Shown one piece after another: positions 20,146 to 29,346 of a stretch of DNA of 64,000 nucleotides (its first letter is position 1; every line of letters starts with the position of its first letter). Origin of the DNA: Candidatus Latescibacterota bacterium (GTDB taxonomy: Bacteria; Latescibacterota; UBA2968; UBA8231); contig CBDCXV010000009.1 in NCBI GenBank assembly GCA_965223905.1, forward strand, positions 704,001 to 768,000, read 5' to 3'. The notes below the pieces were generated by a model. The model worked only from the letters and a program-made list of their open reading frames with translations. It did not search any database and was not told where the DNA came from. The translations under genes and the position numbers were made by a program.

Positions 20146-21945
20146 TCAATCGTCGTCCTCGCGTTCCGACAGCAGGTCGCCGCGCTGCAGGCGCTCGGCG
20201 TTTTCCGTCGACCAGAGGATCCCCTTCATCAGCTTTTGCGCCGTGATGTAGCGGGTGGCGGCGAGCATGTGCATCCGCTTCTCCTCCCCGTCGCCGCTCA
20301 GGTCGAAGTGGCGGAAGGCGACTTCGAGGACCTGGAACATGTGCAGCTCGGCGTCCTCGCGCAGGAGGACGTGGGCCAGGGTCCGGCGCAGGCGGGTGAG
20401 GTCGTGCCCCTCCTCGAGATACTGGTTCACAAGCACCTCGGCCTCGAAAACCTTCTGGAAGTCGGCGAACTCCTGCAGCCGCTCGAGCATGGCTTCGGGG
20501 CCGTCGAAGGCTTCGGCCAGGCGCTGTCCGGGGCGCGGCAGGCGGGCGGCCGGCATGTTGAGCCAGCGCAGGTAGGTCAGGAAGACGGCGCCGTGGAAGA
20601 GACCGCGCAGCAGCTCCCTGCCTGGGGCGAGGTGGAAGGCGCGGTAGAGGCCGTGGGCATAGGAGTAGATGTTGGCGACGTCGTGCCAGTCCCCCTCGTT
20701 CTTGAGGTGGAAGCGGGCGACGCGGATGGCCCCGGCGTAGGCCATGGCGCGGCACAGGTCGCGCGGATCGACGCCGGCACGGAGGCGCGCTTCGATCTCG
20801 GCGAGGATCGGCTCGAAGTCGTCGCCGAGCATGACCTGGGCGAAGGCGGAGATGTCGAGCGGGGCTTCGTTCTCCCGGTTCTCCTTCCAGATGTCGTCGA
20901 GGCGGGTGAAGATCTCCTCGAGGACGGGGACGCTGTCCGACCAGCGCGAGGTCTCTTCGTGGCGCGTGCGCCCGACCAGGTCGACGACGATGGGACGCAG
21001 GATTTCGTGGGCCCCTTCCCATTCCACGTAGTCGAGGGCCTCGAACATCTTGTTGGCGAAGTCGAGGGCGTGGCCGTCCCCGGTGAAGTAGAAATCGGTG
21101 GCGGTGGTGAAGACCAGGTCGGCGAGCACCTCGGCCGGGTAGCCCCTGTCGTGCAGGGTGAGGAGGATGCGCTCGGCCGGCCCGCGGTCGCGCTGGTCGA
21201 TGTAGCGGCGGAACCAGCGGCGCATGGTGTCGAGATCGGGGTCCCGGCTGGCGGGCGGAAAGGGGGAACGCTGCCGCCGCGAGCTCCCCGAGGTGCGGCT
21301 GGCGATCTGGCTGAGGCCGTGGACGAGAAAGAGGTTCCGGTCCCCGGGGTCGATGTCCTCCCACAGGTTGGCCGCCAGGGTCAGGATGGTCACCCCGGAG
21401 GACCAGCCCTCGCTGGTTTTGTGAGTTCCGAAGTAGAGCCCCTGCTGGATGATCTCGCGCGGCGGAGCCCCGGCCTGGCGCAGGGCGGTCACCGCCTTGG
21501 CGATGAGGAAGGAGCTGCGGTCCTTGAGGCCCTGTTCCAGCCCCCTCTTGCCCCTTTCGATGAGGCGCCGCGCCGCGGCCTCGCGTTCGTCCGCGGCCAG
21601 GCCGACGTAGAGACAGCCGTCCCGGCGCTCCTCGACCGGGAAGGTCTTGAGGTCGTCCCCCGAGGTGAGGAAGCAGCCGCCGGTGTTCAGGTCGAACTCC
21701 CAGTGGTGCCAGTGGCAGATGAGAACGCCGTCGCGGATGCTGCCCTTGGACATCGGGTAGCCCATGTGGGGGCAGCGGTTGTCGACGGCGTGGAAGCCGT
21801 CCTCGTAGCGGAAGAGGGCGAGGTGGGTGCCGTTGACGCTGAAGGGGCGGCTTTCCCCTTCGGCGATGTCGGCGGCGGCGCACAACCGGTGGTACATCAG
21901 AGGGGCGGCAGGGGAAGAATCGCTCGGGCGGGTCGCCTGACTCAT
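20146..21945 (-). CDS. Rieske (2Fe-2S) ferredoxin-domain protein with a large helical C-terminal region
   Basis: NRCPHMG...CHWHHWEFD Rieske ligands; GAGGAGG RBS before the ATG at 21945. Confidence 0.85.
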   Translation of the reverse strand: MSQATRPSDSSPAAPLMYHRLCAAADIAEGESRPFSVNGTHLALFRYEDGFHAVDNRCPHMGYPMSKGSIRDGVLICHWHHWEFDLNTGGCFLTSGDDLKTFPVEERRDGCLYVGLAADEREAAARRLIERGKRGLEQGLKDRSSFLIAKAVTALRQAGAPPREIIQQGLYFGTHKTSEGWSSGVTILTLAANLWEDIDPGDRNLFLVHGLSQIASRTSGSSRRQRSPFPPASRDPDLDTMRRWFRRYIDQRDRGPAERILLTLHDRGYPAEVLADLVFTTATDFYFTGDGHALDFANKMFEALDYVEWEGAHEILRPIVVDLVGRTRHEETSRWSDSVPVLEEIFTRLDDIWKENRENEAPLDISAFAQVMLGDDFEPILAEIEARLRAGVDPRDLCRAMAYAGAIRVARFHLKNEGDWHDVANIYSYAHGLYRAFHLAPGRELLRGLFHGAVFLTYLRWLNMPAARLPRPGQRLAEAFDGPEAMLERLQEFADFQKVFEAEVLVNQYLEEGHDLTRLRRTLAHVLLREDAELHMFQVLEVAFRHFDLSGDGEEKRMHMLAATRYITAQKLMKGILWSTENAERLQRGDLLSEREDDD

Positions 21946-22233
21946 GGTCAGCCTCCTCGGCGTGAGGGTGGGCCGGGTTGGGGGGGAATACGGGTTCGGT
22001 TGCTCCCCGGCGGGAACAGTACGCAAGTAACGTTTTGCGCTCCCGTTTGCAAGGGGCCGGGCTCCCGGGAAACCCTCCGCGGTTCGGATGGAGGGGGTTG
22101 GCCGGGAGCTGCCCTGACTTCCGTCTTGATCCATCCCGGGTGCGGCCCTTATTTGCCCCACTTACCGGCTTCCCAATAGAACACCCCGGAACCGCCGGCG
22201 TTCCCGGACCTCCTTCGACAGGCAGTATCCCCC

Positions 22234-23238
22234 ATGAACGCTTCCTCCAAGGACCTGATCATCGGCGTTGCCGCATGCGCCCTCATCGTTTTCATCTTCG
22301 CCAGCATCGAGCTGATCGAGCTCTTCTTCGACTTCACGCGCCAGTACGAGGAATGGAACCTCGATGAAGCGATTGCCGCGGTGCCCGCCCTGGCGCTGGT
22401 GAGCGCCTGGTTCGCCGGGCGGCGTTGGCGCGAGATCCGCCGTCTGAACGGGGAGCTGGAAGAGACGGTGGCGCAGCTCGAGGAGGCGATCGCGCAGCGC
22501 CGCGCCATGGAAGACCAACTCGGGGAAGCGTACAAGATGGCGGCCATGGGCGCGCTTACAGGCGGGCTCGCCCACGAGTTCAACAACGTGCTGCAGCCGA
22601 TCGTCACCCTCGCCCAGTTGAGCCTCGACCGCGACGGGACGGAAGAGCAGAAGACCCGGATCCGACATATCCTCAAGGCGGCCGAGCACGGCTGCGAGAT
22701 CGTCAAGGGGACCCTGGCCTTCCCCGCCGGCGGAACCCAGGAAACGCACGACATGGTCCCGGCCGAGGATGTCGCAGGCTTCGTCGAGCAGGCAAGGGGC
22801 CGTCTCGGCAAGGTCGAGATCGACGCCCGGATCGCCGCCGACTCCGGAGCCATCCGCGTCAACAGGGCGGAGTTCAACCAGGTGATGACCAACCTGGTCA
22901 GGAACGCCGCCGAAGCGATGGACCACAGGGGCAAGGTCGAGATCGGCCTCGGGTCCCGCACCCTCGATGCAGAGGCGGCGCGCGCGAAGGGCCTGGCAGC
23001 CGGCAGGTACGTCCGCGTGACCGTGGCCGACAACGGCCCGGGCATGGTCTCCGAGGTGAGGGACCAGATCTTCGATCCCTTCTTCACCACCAAGGAGGCG
23101 GGAGAAGGCACGGGACTGGGTCTCGCCATCGTCTACAGCTTGGTGCAGGGATGGAACGGCAGGATCTCCGTGTACTCGTCCCCCGGGAACGGGGCGGCGT
23201 TCGAAATACTGATCCCGAGGCTGGAACGGGGGGCCTGA
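22234..23238 (+). CDS. Membrane sensor histidine kinase
   Basis: Two TMs; H-box LAHEFNN; N box NLVRNA; DNGPGM; FDPFFTTK; GTGLGL. Confidence 0.92.
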   Translation: MNASSKDLIIGVAACALIVFIFASIELIELFFDFTRQYEEWNLDEAIAAVPALALVSAWFAGRRWREIRRLNGELEETVAQLEEAIAQRRAMEDQLGEAYKMAAMGALTGGLAHEFNNVLQPIVTLAQLSLDRDGTEEQKTRIRHILKAAEHGCEIVKGTLAFPAGGTQETHDMVPAEDVAGFVEQARGRLGKVEIDARIAADSGAIRVNRAEFNQVMTNLVRNAAEAMDHRGKVEIGLGSRTLDAEAARAKGLAAGRYVRVTVADNGPGMVSEVRDQIFDPFFTTKEAGEGTGLGLAIVYSLVQGWNGRISVYSSPGNGAAFEILIPRLERGA

Positions 23239-23241
23239 ACG

Positions 23242-23643
23242 ATGGCGGCCATACTGCTCGCCGACGACGACGCGGGAGTGCTTTTCGCGCTGGGGATGCT
23301 GTTGCGGGAGGCAGGCCACGAGGTGCTCGAGGCCGACCGCTGCCAAGCGGTCTTGGAGACCGTTACAAGCAGAAGGCCGGATCTCGCCGTGACCGACGTC
23401 AACATGCGGGACATGAGCGGGGTCGAGCTGATCGAGCAGCTGCGCAAGGCCCGTCCCGGAGTCCCGATAATCGCCATGACAGGCGGCGGCATGCACCAGA
23501 CACCGGAGCTGGCCGCGACTCTCGCCGGGAATGCCGGGGCCGACAGGGTGCTGCAGAAGCCGTTCGGCAACGACGCCCTGCTGGCCGAGGTCGCGGCGCT
23601 GCTTCCCGATTCCGGAGTTTCCTCCCGGGGCCGGAACTCGTGA
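23242..23643 (+). CDS. Single-domain response regulator (receiver)
   Basis: LLADDD, TDVNM phospho-Asp, AMTG, QKPF. Confidence 0.9.
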   Translation: MAAILLADDDAGVLFALGMLLREAGHEVLEADRCQAVLETVTSRRPDLAVTDVNMRDMSGVELIEQLRKARPGVPIIAMTGGGMHQTPELAATLAGNAGADRVLQKPFGNDALLAEVAALLPDSGVSSRGRNS

Positions 23644-23798
23644 ACCGTATGCACGTCGGGTACGCGGCTGTCTACCTGCCGCCTGCAAGGAGCCGAATCA
23701 CCTGACCTCGTTCAGCATGCAGGCTGACGATTAATGCATGAAACACTTACACAATGCCACACCGGAAACCATCCGGACAGAAGGGGAGAAAGCCTGAG

Positions 23799-24821
23799 AT
23801 GAAGAAAAATGACCTGATCGACATTGCGCAGGCCCTGGTCCCGCCCGGCAGGGGAATCCTGGCGGCCGACGAAAGCTCCGGCACGATCGCGAAGCGGTTT
23901 GCGAGCATCGGAACCGAGTCGACGGAGGAGAACCGGCGCTCGTACCGGGAGCTCCTGTTCACCACGCCCGGCATGGAGGAGTTCATCAGCGGGGTCATAC
24001 TGTACGACGAGACCATCAGGCAGGCGGCCGGGGACGGCACGCCGCTGCCGCAGGTGCTTTCGGCAAAGGGAGTGATTCCCGGGATCAAGGCGGACACGGG
24101 GTTGAAGGACCTGCCAGGTTTCCCGGGCGAGCAGACAACCGAGGGGCTCGACGGCCTTCAGGACCGGCTGGCCGAGTACCGCGAGCTGGGAGCGCGGTTC
24201 GCCAAGTGGCGGGCGGTGACCGCCGTCGGCGACGGGCTCCCCACCTCCGGCTGCATCGAGGCCAACGCCCAGGGGCTGGCGCGCTACGCGGCGATATCGC
24301 AGGCGGCCGGGCTGGTGCCGATCGTCGAGCCCGAGGTGCTGATGGACGGCGCCCACGACCTGCGGGCCTGCGAGGAGGCGACCGCGGCCACCCTGGCCTG
24401 CGTCTACGAGCAACTGTACAGCCAGCGCGTCGAGCTCGAGGGCACCCTGCTGAAACCGAACATGGTGCTTTCGGGCAAGGACTGCCCGGAGCAGGCTTCG
24501 GTCGAGGAGGTCGCCGAGGCGACGCTCCGCTGCTTCCGCCGCCACGTGCCCGCGGCGGTCCCGGGCATCGTGTTTCTCTCGGGGGGCCAGGGCCCGGAGC
24601 AGGCGACAGCCCACCTCAACGCCATGAACGCTCTCGGCGGGGCGCCCTGGCAGCTGAGCTTCTCCTACGGCCGCGCCCTGCAGGAGACGGCGTTGAAGGC
24701 CTGGAAGGGAAATGCCGCCAACATCGAAGCGGCGAAGCGGGCCTTCTACCTGCGCGCCAGGCTCAACGGTGCCGCCCGCAGCGGGGAGTACACCCTGGCG
24801 ATGGAGAGGGAAGCCGCCTGA
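23799..24821 (+). CDS. Fructose-bisphosphate aldolase class I (eukaryotic-type)
   Basis: GILAADES, ARFAKWR, VPIVEPEV, LLKPNMV Schiff-base Lys, FLSGGQ and FSYGRALQ. Confidence 0.95.
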   Translation: MKKNDLIDIAQALVPPGRGILAADESSGTIAKRFASIGTESTEENRRSYRELLFTTPGMEEFISGVILYDETIRQAAGDGTPLPQVLSAKGVIPGIKADTGLKDLPGFPGEQTTEGLDGLQDRLAEYRELGARFAKWRAVTAVGDGLPTSGCIEANAQGLARYAAISQAAGLVPIVEPEVLMDGAHDLRACEEATAATLACVYEQLYSQRVELEGTLLKPNMVLSGKDCPEQASVEEVAEATLRCFRRHVPAAVPGIVFLSGGQGPEQATAHLNAMNALGGAPWQLSFSYGRALQETALKAWKGNAANIEAAKRAFYLRARLNGAARSGEYTLAMEREAA

Positions 24822-24990
24822 CTCACGGCGGCCGGGGGCGCGACCTTCCCGGAGAACCAGCTACGGGAAGGCAGCAGGGAACCGAAAGCTCCCGGAGGCT
24901 GTAGTATCAGCAGACTGTAGAGGCGCGGCCGCACAGAAGCGGTCGCGCCTTTTTCCTGCTCACACGGCGGCGGGGGACGAGGGGAGCACC

Positions 24991-27666
24991 TCAGGCATGG
25001 GTCGGGTCGCGCTTCTCCGGATCGATGTCGAGCTCGGAGATCGCGCGGCGCACCTCCTCTTGGCCGAGCGTTCCCTGGCGGTGCAGGTCGGCGATCGCGG
25101 CATAGGCGATCGTCTCGGCGTCGACCTCGAAGAAACGGCGCAGCGACGCGCGCGACTCGCTGCGGCCGAAGCCGTCGGTGCCCAGGGCGACCGGCGGCCG
25201 CGGGAACCAGCGCGCGATCGAGTTCGGCAGCGCCTTGATGTAGTCGGAGGCGATGACGAAGCTGCCGCTTTCCCCCTCGAGACATTCGCCGATCCAGGAT
25301 TTCGGGGAGGCGCCTTCCCGCTGTCGCAGGCCGACCCGTTCGCAGGCGCCGCCGTCCTCGTGCAGCTGGCGGAAGCTGGTGATCGACCAGACGCTGGCGC
25401 CGACGTCGAAGCGCTCGGCGAGGATCTCCCGCGCCCGCAGCGCCTCGTTGAGGATGCTGCCGCTGGCGAACAGGTGGGCACGCCTTTCGAGTCCTTCCGG
25501 CGCTTCCCGCAACCGGTACATCCCCCTGAGGATCCCCTCCTCCGCCCCCGGCGGCATGGCCGGCATCGGGTAGTCCTCGTTCTGGACGGTCAGGTAGTAG
25601 ACGAGGTCCTCGCCGCGGCCGTACATGCGCTCGATCCCTTCCCGCAGGATGACGGCGAGTTCGTAGCCGAAGGCGGGGTCGTAGGCGACCACGTGGGGAT
25701 AGCTGTAGGAGAGCAGGTGGCTGTGCCCGTCCTGGTGCTGCAGCCCTTCCCCGTTGAGGGTCGTGCGCCCCGAGGTGGCGCCGATGAGGAAGCCGCGCGC
25801 CCGCTGGTCGCCGGCGGCGAAGACGAGATCGCCGACGCGCTGGAACCCGAAGATCGAGTAGAAGACGAAGAACGGCAGGGTGTGAATACCGTGGCTGGAA
25901 TAGGCGGTCCCCGCGGCGATGAAGGAGGACAGGGCTCCGGCCTCGGTGATCCCCTCTTCGATCAGCTGCCCGTCCCGGGCCTCGCGGTAATAGGTGAGGG
26001 TCTCGCTGTCGACCGGCTCGTACAGCTGTCCGATATGCGAGTAGATCCCGTACTGCCGGAACAGCGCCTCCATGCCGAAGGTGCGCGCCTCGTCGGCGAC
26101 GATCGGCACGATCAGCGGCCCGAGCTGCTTGTGCCGCATCAGCTTCGCCAGGATGCGCACGAACATCATGGTCGACGACGCGCGGCGCTCTCCGGTGCCG
26201 GGAAGGAATTCGTCGAACAGGTCGCGGTGCTGCGTCTCCTCCGGCGGCGGCCCTGCCGGGCGGCTCGGCACGAACCCCCCGAGGGCCCGGCGGCGGTCGA
26301 CGAGGTACTGGCTCTCCGGGGTCTCGGCTGCGGGCCGGTAGTAGGACAGCTGCTCGACCTCCTCGTCGGAGAGGGGAATGGCGAAGCGGGTGCGGATTTC
26401 CCGCAGGGCCCCGGTGTCGAGCTTCTTCTGCTGGTGCGCCCCCATGCGCCCTTCCCCGGCTTCCCCCATTCCGTACCCCTTGATCGTCTTGGCGAGCACC
26501 ACCGACGGGGCGCCGCGGAACTCCAGGGCGGCGCGGTAGGCGGCGTACACCTTCTCGGGGTCGTGGCCGCCGCGGCGGATGGTGCGGATGTGCTCGTCGG
26601 TCAGGTGCCGGGAGAGCTTCATCAGGCTTTCGTCGACTCCGAAGAAGTGGTTGCGCTGGTAGTTGCCGTCGGAGACGCTGTACTTCTGGTACTGGCCGTC
26701 GACGAGCTCCCCCATGCGCCGCGCCAGCAGCCCCCGCTCGTCCATGGCCAGCAGCGGGTCCCAGTCGCTCCCCCAGATCACCTTGATGACGTTCCAGCCG
26801 GCGCCGCAGAAGACCGTCTCCAGCTCCTGGATGATCTTGCCGTTGCCGCGCACCGGGCCGTCGAGCCGCTGCAGGTTGCAGTTGACGACGAAGACGAGGT
26901 TGTCGAGCTGCTCGCGCGCCGCCAGGGAGATGGCCCCGAGGGATTCCGGCTCGTCCATCTCGCCGTCGCCGATGAAGGCCCAGACCTTGGCGTCGGAGGG
27001 CTGCTTGAGGCCGCGGTCCTCGAGATAGCGGTTGAAGCGGGCCTGGTAGATCGCCATGATCGGGCACAGCCCCATCGACGCCGTGGGGAACTGCCAGAAA
27101 TCGGGCATCAGCCTTGGGTGCGGGTAGGAGGACAGTCCCCCTTCCGGCCTGAGCTCGTGGCGGTAGTTGTCGAGCTGCTCTTCGCTCAGCCGCCCCTCGA
27201 GGAAGGCGCGCGCGTAGATCCCCGGGGCCGTATGCGCCTGCCAGAAGACGTGATCCCCCTCGAAACCGCGGTCGCGGCCGCGCATGAAGTGGTTGAGCGC
27301 CACCTCGTACAGGGCCGCAACCGAGGCGTAGGTCGCGATATGGCCGCCGATCGTCGGGTCGGCGCGGTTGGCGCGCACCACCATAATCATGGCGTTCCAG
27401 CGGATGATGTTGCGGATGCGCCGCTCGAGGTCGTGGCTGCCCGGATAGGGGGGCTGCGCGCCGGGGGGAATGGTGTTGACGTAGGGCGTGCTGGCGGCGA
27501 ACGGCAGCGACACCCCGCGCTCACGGGCGTGGTCGCGCAGGCGCTCCAGCAGCTCGCGGACGCGCTCCGGCCCCGAGTGCTCGAGCACGTAGTCGAGGGA
27601 CTCGAGCCACTCCCCGGTCTCGAGGGACTCGAGCAGCTCCTCGTCGGTCCGCGGCATGCCGGTCAT
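24991..27666 (-). CDS. aceE: Pyruvate dehydrogenase E1, homodimeric type
   Basis: GGHIATYAS, SSYPHP, GDGEMDEPES TPP motif, LQRLDGPVRGNGKIIQELE, GEGLQHQDG; RBS GAGGAG. Confidence 0.95.
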   Translation of the reverse strand: MTGMPRTDEELLESLETGEWLESLDYVLEHSGPERVRELLERLRDHARERGVSLPFAASTPYVNTIPPGAQPPYPGSHDLERRIRNIIRWNAMIMVVRANRADPTIGGHIATYASVAALYEVALNHFMRGRDRGFEGDHVFWQAHTAPGIYARAFLEGRLSEEQLDNYRHELRPEGGLSSYPHPRLMPDFWQFPTASMGLCPIMAIYQARFNRYLEDRGLKQPSDAKVWAFIGDGEMDEPESLGAISLAAREQLDNLVFVVNCNLQRLDGPVRGNGKIIQELETVFCGAGWNVIKVIWGSDWDPLLAMDERGLLARRMGELVDGQYQKYSVSDGNYQRNHFFGVDESLMKLSRHLTDEHIRTIRRGGHDPEKVYAAYRAALEFRGAPSVVLAKTIKGYGMGEAGEGRMGAHQQKKLDTGALREIRTRFAIPLSDEEVEQLSYYRPAAETPESQYLVDRRRALGGFVPSRPAGPPPEETQHRDLFDEFLPGTGERRASSTMMFVRILAKLMRHKQLGPLIVPIVADEARTFGMEALFRQYGIYSHIGQLYEPVDSETLTYYREARDGQLIEEGITEAGALSSFIAAGTAYSSHGIHTLPFFVFYSIFGFQRVGDLVFAAGDQRARGFLIGATSGRTTLNGEGLQHQDGHSHLLSYSYPHVVAYDPAFGYELAVILREGIERMYGRGEDLVYYLTVQNEDYPMPAMPPGAEEGILRGMYRLREAPEGLERRAHLFASGSILNEALRAREILAERFDVGASVWSITSFRQLHEDGGACERVGLRQREGASPKSWIGECLEGESGSFVIASDYIKALPNSIARWFPRPPVALGTDGFGRSESRASLRRFFEVDAETIAYAAIADLHRQGTLGQEEVRRAISELDIDPEKRDPTHA

Positions 27667-27671
27667 GGCTT

Positions 27672-27833
27672 GTGCTCCTCGGCGCAAGAAATTGCGCTTG
27701 ATAAGGGCGTCGAGGCGCCCGGCTCGCAAGGCGCGCGACCGACGTGGGTTGGGGTACCCACCGAGGGAGCGCAACGTAGCGAGTCGGGATGCATCGGCGG
27801 CCTTATGGGGAAGAAATTGCGCCGGGGGAGCAC
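27672..27833. repeat. Self-complementary 160-bp intergenic element (REP/MITE-like) spanning the gap between the dehydrogenase stop and the aceE RBS
   Basis: Terminal inverted arms GTGCTCC(T)CGGCGCAA / TTGCGCCGGGGGAGCAC; inner arms ATAAGG/CCTTAT and GGCTCGC/GCGAGTC; 12-bp direct repeat AAGAAATTGCGC at 27686 and 27811. Confidence 0.6.
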
Positions 27834-28790
27834 TTAGTTCACGACGTTCTCGGGCTCGCCGGCGAGGTACGCCTTGACGTTGTCGACCAGGGTGTTGAGG
27901 AGCCGCGAGCGCGCCGACCGCGTCGCCCAGGCGATGTGCGGCGTCACGAAGCAGTTTCTGGCGCTGAACAGGGGATTGTCGCGCGGCGGCGGCTCCACCG
28001 GGACGACGTCGAGCCCGGCCCCGGCGATGCGGCCGGCGTTGAGAGCGTCGGCGAGCGCCTGGTCGTCGACGAGGGGGCCGCGGCTGGTGTTGATGAGCAG
28101 GGCCGATTCCTTCATCAGGTCGATGCGCCCGGCGTCGACGAGGTTCTCCGTTTCCGGGGTCAGGGGGCAGTGCAGGCTGATGACGTCGCTGCGCCGGAAC
28201 AGGTCGTCGACCTCGGTGAACTCGACACCGGGAAAATCCGCAGGGTCGAGGAAGGCGTCGTGGGCGAGCAGCTCCATGCCGAGGGCGCGGCCGATGTTCC
28301 CGGTGCGCTGGCCGATGCGGCCGTAGCCGACGATCCCCAGGGTCAACCCGTCGAGCTCGCGCAGCGGGAAGTCCCAGTAACAGAAGTCGCGGCATTCGCT
28401 CCAGCGGCCCTCCTGGACGGTGCCGGCGTGGTGGGCGACCCGCTGGGTCAGATTGAGGACGTGAGCGAAGACCATCTGCGCCACCGAGGCGGTGCCGTAG
28501 GTCGGGATGTTGGTCACCGGGATGTCCCGCTCCCGCGTCGCCTCGATGTCGACGACGTTGAACCCGGTCGCCTGCACCCCGATGTATTTCAGGTCGGGAA
28601 GCCGGCCGATCACCTCGCGCGAGAGCTCCACCTTGTTGGTCATGACGACCTCCGCCCCCCGGGCCCGTTCCACCGCCTGCTCGTTGAGGGAATGGTCGTA
28701 GACCGTGAGCTCGCCGAGGGCCTCCAGTCCCTCCCAGCTGAGATCGCCGGGATTGAGGGTGTATCCGTCGAGTACGACAATCTTCATCAA
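27834..28790 (-). CDS. D-2-hydroxyacid dehydrogenase (glycerate dehydrogenase-like)
   Basis: GIVGYGRIG, SLHCPLTPET, INTSRGPLVD, AGLDV and TPHIAW. Confidence 0.92.
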   Translation of the reverse strand: MMKIVVLDGYTLNPGDLSWEGLEALGELTVYDHSLNEQAVERARGAEVVMTNKVELSREVIGRLPDLKYIGVQATGFNVVDIEATRERDIPVTNIPTYGTASVAQMVFAHVLNLTQRVAHHAGTVQEGRWSECRDFCYWDFPLRELDGLTLGIVGYGRIGQRTGNIGRALGMELLAHDAFLDPADFPGVEFTEVDDLFRRSDVISLHCPLTPETENLVDAGRIDLMKESALLINTSRGPLVDDQALADALNAGRIAGAGLDVVPVEPPPRDNPLFSARNCFVTPHIAWATRSARSRLLNTLVDNVKAYLAGEPENVVN

Positions 28791-29346
28791 TCGCGTCTCC
28801 TGTCGCCCCGTGAGGGGATAGGCTTTCCGTTCGCTGCGGGGCCGCGGATAACGGGCGGCGTGGTCAGGACAGGATAAACGGATTTAGCGGGGGAGCGGGC
28901 AAGGGAAAGCGTGCGCCTGCCTTTGTCATTTGTGCTGATGGCGGTGTCACGTCGAGAGCACGAGGAACCGGCGTGGATTCTTCACGCGGCATTTCCCGGA
29001 CGGGAGGTGCGACCTTTGGAGCGCCGACAAGCTCTTCCGATAGTTCAGCCGCTGAACTCAGTTGGGCCGGGAGCCCACGGTTTTGGAGTCTGGGACTATC
29101 AGGCGACTGGGCAAACCAGCAGTTTAAGGTGGAGCTTGGCGATTCGTATCGGAGGCCGTCCTTGGGAACCGATTTCAGCGGTACGCCCTCGGCAAACGGT
29201 CCGGTTCGGACCCCTCAGACCGGGTCGCATGGACGATCGACAGCCAACCATCACCGACGCTTTGGGAAAAGCGCTCGCCGGAAATTGTAAAATTCGGATT
29301 AGCCTTCATTGATCGGAGGGGAGCGGTAGCCATACAACAGACCCGA

